64,000 nt of DNA from Planktothrix sp. GU0601_MAG3 (GTDB lineage Bacteria > Cyanobacteriota > Cyanobacteriia > Cyanobacteriales > Microcoleaceae), in contig CP136572.1 of the NCBI GenBank assembly GCA_035193785.1, positions 2,996,578-3,060,577 on the forward strand, written 5' to 3'. Positions 1 to 12,662 of the stretch are shown here, piece by piece. The translations under genes and the position numbers were made by a program. Under the pieces are notes generated by a model. The model saw only the letters and a list, made by a program, of their open reading frames with translations. It did no database searches and was not told where the DNA came from. The number at the start of each line of letters is the position of its first letter. The stretch's first letter is position 1.

Positions 1-1164
1 TTCTTTTTTCTTATCCGCCAATTCCTTAAACCGGACAAATGCCTTATTCACCTCCGGGTCGGTTAACTCAAATCCCAACTCCCGCATCCGAGATTGAAAC
101 GCATGGCGCCCGGAATGTTTCCCCAAAACAATCAGGTTATCATTCAACCCAATCGATTGAGCATCCATGATTTCATAGGTGCGTTTATGCTTTAAGATCC
201 CATCTTGATGAATTCCTGACTCATGGGCAAAGGCATTCGCCCCGACAATGGCTTTATTGGGTTGGACTAACATCCCCGTCAAGTTAGACACCAAGCGAGA
301 GGTTTTATAAATTTGGCGGGTGTCAATATTGGTCAAGGAGGCTTCTGATTCTGGATCTCGACCCAAAAAAGGATTAAAATATTGCCGACGGACGTGCAAG
401 GCCATTACCAGTTCTTCTAAGGCGGCATTTCCCGCCCGTTCTCCGATGCCATTAATCGTACATTCCAACTGCCGCGCCCCATTTTTCACCGCTTCTAAGA
501 AGTTAGCCACGGCCAAACCCAAATCATTATGGCCATGGACGGAAATAATTGCTTGGTCGATATTGGGGACATTTTCTTTAATGCCTTTAATGATCGCCCC
601 AAATTCCGCCGGGGTGGTATAACCGACGGTATCGGGTATATTAACCGTGGTGGCTCCGGCTGCGATCGCCCGCTCCAAAACTTGATACAAAAATTCCGGG
701 TCAGAGCGTCCCGCATCTTCGGGGGAAAACTCGATATCATCGACAAAGGATTTGGCATAGGCGACCATTTCTGAGGTAATGTCTAAGACCTCAGAGCGGG
801 TTTTCTTCAATTTATATTGCAAATGGATATCGCTGGTGGCAATAAAAGTATGAATCCGACGATGGACAGCCGGGGAAACTGCCTTAGCCGCCGCTTCAAT
901 ATCCCCTTTCACAGAGCGGGCCAAACTACAAATTACCGGGCCATCTTCTGTCCCGACGGTTTCAGCAATGCGAGAAACGGCATCAAAATCCCCATGACTG
1001 GCGATCGCAAATCCCGCCTCGATCACATCCACCCCCAAACGGGCTAATTGTTTAGCAATTACCAACTTCTCATCCACATTCAGGGTAGCCCCAGGACACT
1101 GTTCGCCATCGCGCAAAGTCGTATCAAAAATAATAATTCGGTCGGGGTTAGGTTGAAATTTCAT
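1..1164 (-). CDS. leuA: 2-isopropylmalate synthase (runs off left edge)
   Basis: Manual translation from ATG 1164: [25 protein letters not shown]...[12 protein letters not shown]...[11 protein letters not shown]...HESGIHQDG; frame open to position 1. Confidence 0.96.
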   Translation of the reverse strand, partial: MKFQPNPDRIIIFDTTLRDGEQCPGATLNVDEKLVIAKQLARLGVDVIEAGFAIASHGDFDAVSRIAETVGTEDGPVICSLARSVKGDIEAAAKAVSPAVHRRIHTFIATSDIHLQYKLKKTRSEVLDITSEMVAYAKSFVDDIEFSPEDAGRSDPEFLYQVLERAIAAGATTVNIPDTVGYTTPAEFGAIIKGIKENVPNIDQAIISVHGHNDLGLAVANFLEAVKNGARQLECTINGIGERAGNAALEELVMALHVRRQYFNPFLGRDPESEASLTNIDTRQIYKTSRLVSNLTGMLVQPNKAIVGANAFAHESGIHQDGILKHKRTYEIMDAQSIGLNDNLIVLGKHSGRHAFQSRMRELGFELTDPEVNKAFVRFKELADKKKE

Positions 1165-1193
1165 AAGAGAAAATCTCCTTGTCAGATTACTCG

Positions 1194-1253
1194 TACAGAC
1201 GCCCTAGGGCATCATCTCTACACTGTTACAGACGCGCCATGGCACGTCTCTAC
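1194..1253. repeat. Two tandem GTAG-type REP-like palindromes (first degenerate)
   Basis: TACAGACGCGCCATGGCACGTCTCTAC at 1227-1253; same family recurs at 3711, 7020, 33541, 33765, 36828, 40952. Confidence 0.85.
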
Positions 1254-1265
1254 ACTGATAACTGA

Positions 1266-1788
1266 TTAATAGTCCGTTTTTTCAATCTGTTCTCGAATAT
1301 CGTTGAGATCGATATAGCGATCGGTGGCATTACGCAGTTTCTCTGGCGATCATCCCTTCTGTAGAAACCACGGTAATATGAGTATTTTTAGATCGTAACA
1401 GTTCAATCGCTCGTTCAAAATCCCCATCTCCACTAAATAGAACGACCCGATCATATTGTTCTACCGTATTAAACATATCTACAACAATTTCAATATCTAA
1501 ATTCGCTTTTTGGGAATAGCGACCGGAACTATCATCATAGTATTCTTTGAGAATTTTAGTGCGAACCGTATAACCTAGACTGATCAGAGCATCTCGGAAT
1601 CCTCGTTGATCTTGGGGGTCTTTGAGTCCTGTATACCAAAAGGCATTGACTAGGGTGATATCCACTTGTTCTGTTTTGAAATAGGTCAAAACCCTTCGGG
1701 GATCAAAAAACCAACCATTTTTTTGTTGAGCATAGAACATATTGTTACCGTCCACAAAAATAGAAAGACGGTTTTTTACGTTAGGCAT
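1266..1788 (-). CDS. labA: NYN-domain LabA family protein (+1 error at GTTTC 1337)
   Basis: IFVDGNNMFYAQ and FSGDGDF motifs; removing one base restores ...IARELRNATDRYIDLNDIREQIEKTDY*. Confidence 0.85.
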
Positions 1789-2148
1789 AGAAAATTAAGA
1801 CCTAATATTTGTAGAAATGAATTTAATCTAAATATTCTATCTTAACATCCATAATCAAATAAAGTATAGGCCTCAACAAAAGGCTGTTGTCTCGCCATAA
1901 ATATTTTATTCGATAGATGTAAAGATATAATTTGATCCTACTGCATTAATTTGGCAGTTAACACTAATATATCTTGGTGATTCATATAATTTTATGCTTA
2001 TAAAATATCATATATGATTATCTTTAATTATAGGTTTAACGAAAATTTACAATACTCTCGGGAGTTCTGGGAAAAGCCATGGAAAACAATAAAAGTCCCA
2101 ATCCCTGATGGAGCAACTCATCCGACATTTTTCTAATGACCGACTCAG

Positions 2149-2796
2149 CTAGAATTTTTTGCTTTCCAGTGCCCATCGGGCTAGTTCTGTGCGATTATGA
2201 AGGCCGGTTTTTCCCAACATATTACTGACATGGCTTTCAATGGTGCGTTGACTGACTTTCATAATCCGAGCAATATCACGGTTTGCTAAACCTTGGGTGA
2301 CTAGGCGAACAACCCTTAATTCCGTCGGGGTGAGTTGTACATTTCGACGCACTCGCAGTTTAGGGCCACTATTATCCAAATTAGAACTTGGGCTGTTGGT
2401 TAAACGAGCAGCTTGGCGCAGGGAGGACTCCACCTGAGCGACCAATTCTTCCGGTTCAAAAGGTTTGACAATGTAGACATCGGCTCCGGTATTTAAGCCT
2501 TTAACTTTATCCTGACTTTGACCTTTAGCCGATAAAAACAGAACAGGAATCCATCCGGTGCGGGGGTCTTCTCGAATTTTTTTCACCAGACTGTAACCAT
2601 CCATTTCTGGCATCATAATATCGCAAATTATCAGATCAGGAAGTTCATCTTCGAGAATCTCCAGCGCAATCACACCGTTTTCTGCCGTGACCACATCATA
2701 TCCCCTAAACTCCAAATAATCCCTGACCAATAAAATTAGGTTAGGGTCATCATCCACAAGCATGAGTCGTTTTTGATCTCCGTTCCTATCCTTCAT
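2149..2796 (-). CDS. NarL/LuxR-family response regulator
   Basis: Receiver domain (LVDDD, DIMMP, KPF) plus LuxR HTH (LTPTE...GLANRDIA...TIESHVSN). Confidence 0.93.
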   Translation of the reverse strand: MKDRNGDQKRLMLVDDDPNLILLVRDYLEFRGYDVVTAENGVIALEILEDELPDLIICDIMMPEMDGYSLVKKIREDPRTGWIPVLFLSAKGQSQDKVKGLNTGADVYIVKPFEPEELVAQVESSLRQAARLTNSPSSNLDNSGPKLRVRRNVQLTPTELRVVRLVTQGLANRDIARIMKVSQRTIESHVSNMLGKTGLHNRTELARWALESKKF

Positions 2797-3114
2797 CTTA
2801 AAACCTTTTTCAATGGAGAATCCTGCAATAATATTAAGGTCAATTTTTGATATGGGGTTCGGCGATATCTCTTTCGAGGTTGATTTGCATGAACAGCCTT
2901 GACCAAAATATAGATATACCCGTAAGTCTAAGAGATGACACTAACAATTTACCCAATGTCAATCATACCCGAAACAGGTTCTACTTAGATTAAAAATACT
3001 TAATCAAAAAAACTGTTAAGTTTTAATCAAAAAAGCCATTACAAAAATGGAAAAAGAAGCCTGCGGTCTGACGGTACAACCTTGACCTTCAGGTTCGTTT
3101 ACCAGATCTATTTC

Positions 3115-3576
3115 CTAATCCCTAACCGACTCCGGGATAGGGGAAAAACAATTAGGCAGAGGATGGGTTAAAAACTCATACTCCCGAACCACTTGAGAAC
3201 CCAAAATATGTTCTTGAAGAATCCGTTCAATCACCTCCGGTGTTGCGGAATGATACCAAACCCCATCGGGATAAACTACTAAAATAGGGCCATGAGTACA
3301 AACACGCAGACAATTTGTTTTGGTTCTAAAGGTACAACTGGGTTTATCCTGAGTCACTTGATCCAGTTTTAACTCAGTTAAGCGTTTTTTTAAATAGTCC
3401 CACGCCTCTAAACTTTTCTCTTTGGAGCAACAGAGGGGTTTAGTCTGATCCGCACAAATAAAAATATGACGCTCAATTTTATCTAATCCCAAGGTCTGAA
3501 CCTTATTAGCCAGATCTACAGCCCTTAAACTAGACTCAGAGGAAGTAATGCCCGCAGATTCCGATGAAGATGACAT
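3115..3576 (-). CDS. Thioredoxin-like [2Fe-2S] ferredoxin
   Basis: HIFICADQTKPLCC, CLRVC..GPILVVYPDGVWY motifs; start uncertain. Confidence 0.88.
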   Translation of the reverse strand: MSSSSESAGITSSESSLRAVDLANKVQTLGLDKIERHIFICADQTKPLCCSKEKSLEAWDYLKKRLTELKLDQVTQDKPSCTFRTKTNCLRVCTHGPILVVYPDGVWYHSATPEVIERILQEHILGSQVVREYEFLTHPLPNCFSPIPESVRD

Positions 3577-3710
3577 AAAATTACGCAGTTTGATCAAATA
3601 AGCCTTAAAACTCTATGCTAACAGTTTTTGAAGCATACAGGTGTTAGCTGTTGATGTGTTGACGAGGGAGTTGATCAAAGTTGGGCTGCATCGCCGGAAA
3701 AATCGGTATT

Positions 3711-3737
3711 TAGAGACGCGCCGTGGCACGTCTCTAC
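3711..3737. repeat. REP-like palindrome
   Basis: TAGAGACGCGCCGTGGCACGTCTCTAC. Confidence 0.85.
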
Positions 3738-3761
3738 AATAATTACCGTTACCACTATCGA

Positions 3762-3901
3762 CCCCCGCCTCCCCTACCTCCCCCTGCTCCCCCTACTCCC
3801 CCTGCCTCCCCTGCCTCCCCTGCCTCCCCTGCCCCCCTACCTCCCCTGCTCCCCCTGCTCCCCCTGCCTCCCCTGCCCCCCCTGCTCCCCCACCTCCCCC
3901 G
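3762..3901. repeat. Degenerate 9-mer C-rich tandem repeat (CCCCTGCCT/CCCCTGCTC)n
   Basis: Directly visible tandem units upstream of the groES promoter. Confidence 0.9.
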
Positions 3902-3908
3902 CCCTCTT

Positions 3909-3924
3909 GTTCGGGAACCCGTAC
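3909..3924 (+). promoter_or_regulatory. K-box upstream of groESL
   Basis: GTTCGG-GAAC-CCGTAC fits the cyanobacterial K-box GTTCGG-NNAN-CCNNAC, just upstream of a TTGCAA (3936) / TAAATT (3960) promoter. Confidence 0.8.
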
Positions 3925-3963
3925 AAATTAGACTGTTGCAATGGGGAGGCTTTTTTCGGTAAA

Positions 3964-3990
3964 TTAGCACTCAGGAATCGAGAGTGCTAA
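3964..3990 (+). promoter_or_regulatory. CIRCE element (HrcA operator)
   Basis: Perfect TTAGCACTC-N9-GAGTGCTAA. Confidence 0.97.
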
Positions 3991-4057
3991 TTTGAATTCC
4001 CGACAGGAAATCATAAAGCTCCGATCGCCGAATATTCTGTAAAGTGGAGGCTAATAA

Positions 4058-4369
4058 ATGGCTGCTGTATCTCTAAGCGTATCAACCGTTAAACCCCTGG
4101 GTGAGCGCGTTTTCGTTAAAGTAAGTGCATCTGAAGAAAAAACGGCCGGTGGGATTTTGCTCCCTGATGCCGCCAAAGAAAAACCCCAAGTGGGCGAAGT
4201 GATCGCTGTTGGCCCTGGCAAACGCAATGAAGATGGTTCCCGCTCGGAATTAGAAGTCAGCATTGGTGACAAAGTTCTCTACTCCAAATACGCTGGCACT
4301 GACATCAAACTCGGTACCGAAGAATTTGTTCTGTTAGCAGAAAAAGACATCCTAGCGATCGTCAACTAA
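4058..4369 (+). CDS. groES: Co-chaperonin GroES
   Basis: [11 protein letters not shown]...TAGGILLPD...YSKYAGT; GGAGG RBS. Confidence 0.98.
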   Translation: MAAVSLSVSTVKPLGERVFVKVSASEEKTAGGILLPDAAKEKPQVGEVIAVGPGKRNEDGSRSELEVSIGDKVLYSKYAGTDIKLGTEEFVLLAEKDILAIVN

Positions 4370-4474
4370 TCGGAGTTTTTAACCTTAGATCGTACACCAC
4401 AAATTTGTTATTCGATCTACAAAGTTAAAACCCAAGATTCAGTAATTCAATTCTATTATCAACCTAAAACCTGA

Positions 4475-6123
<1,649 letters not shown>

Positions 6124-6150
6124 GATCTTGATTACTAATTTCTAGTTGGA

Positions 6151-6176
6151 TATGGGGTGGCTTTTGTCGCCCCATA
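6151..6176 (+). terminator. Hairpin after groEL
   Basis: TATGGGGTGGC-TTTT-GTCGCCCCATA stem-loop. Confidence 0.65.
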
Positions 6177-6240
6177 TTTATTTGGGAATAGGGATCACGG
6201 ATTTAAGAGGATTTCACGGATTTCACGGATTTTAATCTGT

Positions 6241-6332
6241 CAGGACTTACGCAAAACAACCATATCTAGTAGGGGCGAATGGCCATTCGCCCCTACAGAT
6301 GGTGTATAATTGGGTATTCTGCGTAAGTCCTG
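6241..6332. mobile_element. 92-bp MITE with 13-bp TIRs, 5-bp target duplication and an internal REP hairpin
   Basis: CAGGACTTACGCA...TGCGTAAGTCCTG; TCTGT on both flanks (6236-6240, 6333-6337); internal GTAGGGGCGAATGGCCATTCGCCCCTAC 6269-6296. Confidence 0.85.
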
Positions 6333-6401
6333 TCTGTGTTAATCTGTGTAGTCCTCTGAAATCCGTGATAGGTGATGGGGAAGATTGAGATTGTGGTTGT
6401 T

Positions 6402-6938
6402 TTAAGTTTTGATGTTCTTAACACTTGATTCTAAGGAAGGTTGGGGAATTAAATAAATTAAACCGGAAATTAGGGTTAATCCTACGGAACTCCAGAATAG
6501 AATTAAACTGGGTGTTTGCCAAGATAAGGGTAAGGGTGCTATTAGAAAGGCGATCGCTAAAATTTGACTAACTGTTTTTAATTTACCCCAAATATTTGCT
6601 CCAGAAATTTGAGTTTGATTGACCCTCCATCCGGCAATGGTTAGTTCCCGTGCTAGGATTAAAAATACTCCCCAAGCGGGAATGGTTCCTAACTCAATTA
6701 AGGCAAGTAAGGGCGCGAAAACTAATAATTTATCGACTAAAGGATCAAGAAATTTTCCTAAATCTGTAACTTGATTCAGTTTTCTAGCTAAATATCCATC
6801 TAACCAATCCGTACTGGCTACTACTAAAAAAATTCCTAAACAAATCCAACGATTAGTAATAGTTGGATCATGTAAATAATAGAGTATAAATGGAACTCCG
6901 AACAAGCGAGAAATAGTAATCCAATTGGGTAAATTCAT
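6402..6938 (-). CDS. pgsA: CDP-diacylglycerol--glycerol-3-phosphate 3-phosphatidyltransferase
   Basis: MNLPNWITISR, TDWLDGYLAR, GKFLDPLVDK. Confidence 0.95.
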   Translation of the reverse strand: MNLPNWITISRLFGVPFILYYLHDPTITNRWICLGIFLVVASTDWLDGYLARKLNQVTDLGKFLDPLVDKLLVFAPLLALIELGTIPAWGVFLILARELTIAGWRVNQTQISGANIWGKLKTVSQILAIAFLIAPLPLSWQTPSLILFWSSVGLTLISGLIYLIPQPSLESSVKNIKT

Positions 6939-7019
6939 AAATCAGTTATCAGTTTTCGGTTTTCGGTTATTGTATTATATTAAAATTAAGGCTAAAAGCC
7001 TTGAAATCAATTTTAGTAG

Positions 7020-7045
7020 AGAGACGCGCCGTGGCACGTCTCTAC
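7020..7045. repeat. REP-like palindrome, followed by ACTGATA heptamers
   Basis: AGAGACGCGCCGTGGCACGTCTCTAC. Confidence 0.8.
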
Positions 7046-7092
7046 AGCAGTGTCAACTCTTAAACTGATAACTGTTTACTGATGACTGATAA

Positions 7093-8827
7093 CTAATTAA
7101 TGGTTTCTTCCCAATTTTGTAGGGAATTTAGACTTAATTGTGCTAAATATTTTCGGGTCGTATCTGCACGATCTAAACTGATAAAATAATTATTGTCTAC
7201 ATCTTGATAAAATAATGTGCCTTCGAGTAAACCTTGATAATCAGGATTATTTTGAGATTCTGGCGTTAACCAAATTTCATCAGCAGGCGAGGGAATTAAA
7301 CCAGAAGGTAATTTTCCCTTTAAAATTGCTAGAATTCTATCTGAAACAGAACGGGTATTGACCCCGCGATTTTCTAAGAGTTGATGTACTTCTGATAAAG
7401 ATAAAGGGTGTTCTTCAAATACTCGCAATAGTTCCGCTAAAAGAAAATAATCACTGTATTGATGTCGAGACATATCCAAGACTTGAAAATAAAGGGGTAA
7501 TACCGCTAAACCCCAAGCCAAGCGACTACAATGGGAATAATTATTATCACTATTATATTGACCGTGGGGACTATCTTGGGTAATTAACGCATTGGGTAAT
7601 TTTTGGCGTAACCAACGGCTAAAGGTCGGCCAAGTTCCATTTCCTCCCGTACAAATGGCTTGAGTAATTCTAATTGGAGAAATTCCCTGGGTGCTGAAAA
7701 GATGGTTGAGTTCTTGATTTAACTGTTGGATAAAGGGAGTAAAAATCTTTTGTTCTAAATCTCGTTGGGAAACTTCCCAAGAATAATTATTTAATGTTAG
7801 GGTATAGCGATCGCTTTGTTGCAGTTCAAATTTTAAAGTTTCTGCAATTTCTAATAATTTTAATCCCGTAGGATCACTCTGTAAAATTTGTTGTAAACGA
7901 TGACGTTTGGCTAAATCGGGATGTCCAGGTTCAGGAAATTCCACATCTGGAATATTAAATGTGGGGAAGGGTGAAACCCTCTGGCTGAATCAAAAGTTGA
8001 GTAATAATATCCTGATTTAAGGCATCTCCAGCATAGGCTAAATGATGACAAACCACTTGGGAAGCCATAAATTCAGTTAAATCCTGGGAAAGTTTGGCTA
8101 CGGCTATTTCCGTGGTTGTGGCCCCGATATTAATAATTAAAATTGTGCCATTGGGATCGGGGGGATGGAGATAGAATTGATATAATAAAGTTGCGATCGC
8201 ATCCTCAATAATAAAAATTTGTTCAGGACATTTGATGATTCCTGCTGCTAATACGGCTTCCCTCAAGTTAAAACGATAGGCTTCTGTCGAGGCCGTGGAA
8301 CAGCCTAAAACCACCCCATCTAAACAATTTAACGCCTGCTGAAATTCGACCGTATCGAGTCCCACTGCACCCAAAGTATACACATTCGGTAGGGCCATGA
8401 TTGGGGGAGTTTCCCGATTAGGCTGCCTTAAGGGGGAAATTCGGCGACCAGACAACACTCGATGGGGATGTAAGGTAGATAATAAAGCCGTCCACGCCTC
8501 TCGAAACCCCCCCAAGGGTAGGGACTGTTGTTCTGACCACTGAATCATGGGAAGTCCCGTTAACTCAGGAGAATTCACTGAATGATAGGGAATTCCCAGG
8601 TTTAATAAGGATTTAAACCGTTGTATCAGGCTTTGAGTGGTTTTCTCCTGGGGATCTAAATAATAAATTGACACTGGAAGCCGAAAGGTAAAGGGAAGAT
8701 CCTCAATTCCTGAGAGTTCTGTTTGTTCCGTTTGCCAATAAATCGGATAAACTTTTTGGGTTTCGCTCTGTAACAAGGCGGCGGATATTCCTGTTGTTCC
8801 TAAGTCAACTCCTAAATACCATTTCAT
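7093..8827 (-). CDS. Divergent Hsp70/actin-like ATPase-fold protein (+1 error at GAAAC 7973)
   Basis: LGVDLGTTG phosphate-1, INIGATTTEI phosphate-2-like and CTGG motifs; two ORFs join in frame after repair (577 aa). Confidence 0.7.
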
Positions 8828-8850
8828 AATCAGTTATCAGTTATCAGTTA

Positions 8851-11270
8851 TCAGTTTTTAAAAAACTCCTGACTCAAGGCTTCAAGACTCAGGGAATCCT
8901 CCTCCTGTTCGGTGTCCCAATTTAAGTTTTTTTCATCCGCCAGATTCAAACTGTTGAAAACATCATCTAAAGTTAAATCTGATAATCCTTGAGTTGATGC
9001 AAGATTTTGCTTTTCTGCTGCTGGTATATTGAGGGATTCAATGGAAATAGAGGGAACCGATTGAGCCGAACTAGGTTCCATCCCAATATCTCTAAATAAA
9101 TCTTCAAAAGTAATTAATTCCTCGGGTTGAGATACTTTTGAAGTTGTTTTTTTCGATGATTCTTGGGGAGTAACTTGAGGTTGAGAATAGGTTAATTTTG
9201 CGGGAGTTGGTTTAATAACTGGACTGGTTTCAGGTTGTTCTAAATTAAATAGATCTGCCTCTAAATGTTCTAAAGTATTGCGATCAATTAATAAACGGGA
9301 ATCGATTTGTTCGCTATCCTCCTGCAAATCTAGGGGAAGTAAATTTTCATCCGGGGAAGCTTGAACATAAGCATCGTTTTCTAAACTAACTGTTTGGCTT
9401 TCAATCTGACTGGGGGGGGATGCCATAGGACTGACCATTCCTGTGAGTTTCTTGCTGGGTTTTTGCCGAGACCACATCGGAATTCGGGGTAGAAACCTCC
9501 TCAAAGGTGAGTTCTTCAAAAACATCACTTAAATCTGCCAGGGTTTCCTCAAAGGGATTCGGTGCGGGAGTGAAGGAGGAATCTGTGATTTCATTAGGAG
9601 AAACTGACTCAACCTCTGGTGTAAATAAGTTCTCAGACTCTAAAGATATAGGATCTATGGCATCTGCGGTTAAGGGTAAATCAGATTCTATCGGAAAATT
9701 TTGATCCGGTTGATTGAATATATCCAAACTATTTAAGTTCAAGAAATCAGCCGTTGCCTCTAAGGATTCGGTGTGAATATTTTCCGATTCTATGGCCGTG
9801 ATGTTCGGTGTTGACTCATCCCCAAATAAATCTTCGGTGTCTAAATAGATTTCTGATTCATTCTCGACTTGGGAAGGACTGGCAACATCGGTTTCCTCGT
9901 CTAGCAATAGGGTTTCTATCTCCTCGGAAACATCATCCTCATCTACCTGAATGACATCAACATCATCCTCAAATAAATCAATATTTTGTGTTTGAGGCGC
10001 GACAGTCACAACCGGGGATTCCGCCTCCGTCGCCGGATCAAACAAACTTTCTAATTTTGAATCAGCATCGGGTAGGGACTGTTCGACAATTGACTCATCC
10101 CAATCGAGGGAAAGAGAGCTTTCTAGTGTTCTGTCTAACCCATCTTTGACAGGGGGAGTAGATAATTCCTCAATGGTCTCAAACGCCACCTCGAATTCAT
10201 CTTCATCGGTTATTTTTAGCTGTTCTTTGTCATCCTCATCAATATCATGATCAGAAGTAACAGTAGGAGTCGATTGTCTGGGAACTTCTGCCCCCGCATA
10301 GGGAAAGATTCCCTCAAAAGCGGAGGATAAATTCTGAGGTAGAGAAACCACGGATTGAGGAGAAGGTAAATTACCCGTGCTGGAGGGGGTTTCCGATTCA
10401 GTTAATTGTAGTGAAGATTGTAAATAGGAAGACGTTTCTTGACCGACCTGTTGGGCTAATTGGTTGAGTAAGGTGGTGAACATGACCTCCCCCTGTTTGC
10501 CCAAACTGTGCATCCTTTCTAGGCTTTGTCCCAGGGAATCCGAATAGGTTTGGAGGTTTCGTTGCAAGGCCTCAAAAATCACACTCAGACTGGAATCGAG
10601 GGTCATCAGTAAATGATCGGATTGCGCTTGTAACTGTCGCATCTGTTCCAGGCGTTGGGCTGGGGTCAGGGTAGAGAGGGAGGTTTGGGGTCTGTCCACG
10701 GCTTCAGAAACCAGGGCGGGCAGGGAGTTGGATTCTGTTAATAATACCGAATCTAAAAATCGGGTTTCAATATGGTTTAGGGTTTCAGTCACATTATGAA
10801 TCAGACTGTCCTGCAATCTGGTCATGAACTCTTGCAAAAATTCACGACTAAGTTGTTGTTGATAGGCTTGAGGAGGGACTTGTCCGATAGCTTGAGCTTT
10901 TCGGGCTTCTAATTGTTGAATTTCCTGGATTAAATTGTGTTGTTCGGTACGCAAACGATCGATCTCATCCTGAAGGGGCTGAGTTAAATTAGTCCGCAAA
11001 TAGATCATTTCCCGTCGGATTGCCTGCCACAGAGGTTCTCGCGTTTCCGGGGGAAATGGAGGGTTGATAGGTCTCCGAGGTAACACCAACAGGCCCCTCG
11101 TCCGCCTGTTCCTGAAGAAAGACCAAATACCTGCGGACACGCTCTAGGACTTGACGGGAGCGTGTGACAGTTTCGCCAAAAACGACCCAAGGCAAACGTA
11201 AGCTGGGCTGACTAAGAACCTCGTCAATTTCGGTGATGAGTGCTTGAATCTGACCTTTCTGAACATTCAA
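8851..11270 (-). CDS. Hypothetical protein: N-terminal coiled coil plus long acidic low-complexity region (+1 errors near 9447 and 11043)
   Basis: Three overlapping ORFs join into about 805 aa; TTG start with GAGGGG RBS. Confidence 0.7.
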
Positions 11271-11310
11271 GGCTGAACCCCCTCAATAATCGTTCTGTTA
11301 ATGGGACTCC

Positions 11311-11530
11311 TTGACATCCTCACCGCCCTAAAAGTGCGGCGATTCCTCAACCGGTGGACTGCCCATTGCCCTATCGTCTTTTCCCGGTCTACCGATTTGT
11401 CTGCGCCACCAGTGAACCTGGACTTCCCTCGTTAGGCTGTCTGAATCCATCGTCGCGGGTGGGTCAGTGACCATCAATATTCTAATATAAAGCCGTCTTA
11501 AAAGGACGGGGTTTCAGACCCAATTTTTTG
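11311..11530 (-). mobile_element. Non-autonomous IS200/IS605-family derivative (no tnpA/tnpB)
   Basis: Minus strand: TTAT|CAAAAAATTGGGTCTGAAACCCCGTCCTTTTAAGACGG left-end hairpin; ...GAATCGCCGCACTTTTAGGGCGGTGAGGATGTCAA| right-end hairpin ending in TCAA. Confidence 0.78.
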
Positions 11531-11910
11531 ATAATTGCTTAATCTTAGGGATTCCCTTGATTAAAGCAATTGTGATCTACATAATATGTTAGGCTTGGCA
11601 CGAAGCACTCAAGCAGCTAACTTGAGATTTGGGATTTATTGGCTAATCACCCACCGGAGGCAATACGGTTAAAAACTAAACCAGCTTAACTTTTTTATGT
11701 CCTGATAGCTCTAAAATATAAAATTGCCTAGTAATTTTTGAGTTGGTGTTTTAATTGACACCAGGCGGAATCTGAGTTAAAAATGATCGGGAAATTTTAG
11801 GGTAATTGACCAATAAAGAATGCTGATTCTGCTTTCGGTGCAATTGACTGAAAACCCCATCTCTGGATTAGCTACTGCTCAATACGAATTTATAATTTTA
11901 TCACAGCCTC

Positions 11911-12621
11911 ATGGAAGATCGGTATTTCTCCCGTGACAATCACTCCGATATTCACAAGATGATCTGCTCCACGCCTTTCTTTCAAGGCTTGCCACCGGAT
12001 GCGGCGGATAAAGCAACCTCTCATATTGTGGGTAGAAACCATCCAGCCAACCAAGTTATTTTATTAGAAAATGACTGGGGAAGTTCCGTTTATTTTATTT
12101 TGGACGGTTGGGTAAAAATTCGTACCTATAATTTGGATGGGAAAGAAGTAACGCTGAATATTTTGGGTAAGGGTGAACTATTTGGAGAAATGGCAGCACT
12201 CGATGAAGTCCCCCGCTCCACCGATGTTATTACATTAGCACCAACCTTAATTGGGAATATGCCCGCTCAGGATTTTGTGGAGTTGATTACCACCGAACCC
12301 CGGGCGGGAATGCGACTGGCTCAATTGATGGGACGGCGTTTACGCCAGGTGAATCGACGTCTGAGATTGCGCGAATCCGATAGTACCTCCCGGGTGGCCG
12401 ATATTCTCCTATTTCTGGCCGAGGGCCAAGGTACAACTTCCGATCAAGGAGGGACACAAATTCCTAATCTTCCCCATCGGGAGTTAAGTGGTTTGAGTGG
12501 TCTGGCCAGGGAAACCGTAACTCGGGTTCTCAGCAAGTTAGAGAAAAAAGGATTAATTCATCGGGAACGGGATATTTTGAGTATTCCCGATGTCCACGCC
12601 CTGGAACGGATATTAGTCTGA
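11911..12621 (+). CDS. Crp/Fnr-family transcriptional regulator
   Basis: cNMP domain (FGEMA...PRS) and HTH (GLARETVTRVL). Confidence 0.93.
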   Translation: MEDRYFSRDNHSDIHKMICSTPFFQGLPPDAADKATSHIVGRNHPANQVILLENDWGSSVYFILDGWVKIRTYNLDGKEVTLNILGKGELFGEMAALDEVPRSTDVITLAPTLIGNMPAQDFVELITTEPRAGMRLAQLMGRRLRQVNRRLRLRESDSTSRVADILLFLAEGQGTTSDQGGTQIPNLPHRELSGLSGLARETVTRVLSKLEKKGLIHRERDILSIPDVHALERILV

Positions 12622-12662
12622 ATGGTACTATTACCTATTGCCCATTGCCCATTCCCTATTAA

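Noticed and set aside
320..1269. Short ORFs listed over this region
   Set aside because: Antisense or off-frame shadows of leuA. The same applies to shadow ORFs over groEL, psbA, zwf, alaS and the RND genes.
3723..3970. Pro-rich and Gly/Arg-rich ORFs
   Set aside because: Artefacts of the C-rich repeat, overlapping the groESL promoter.
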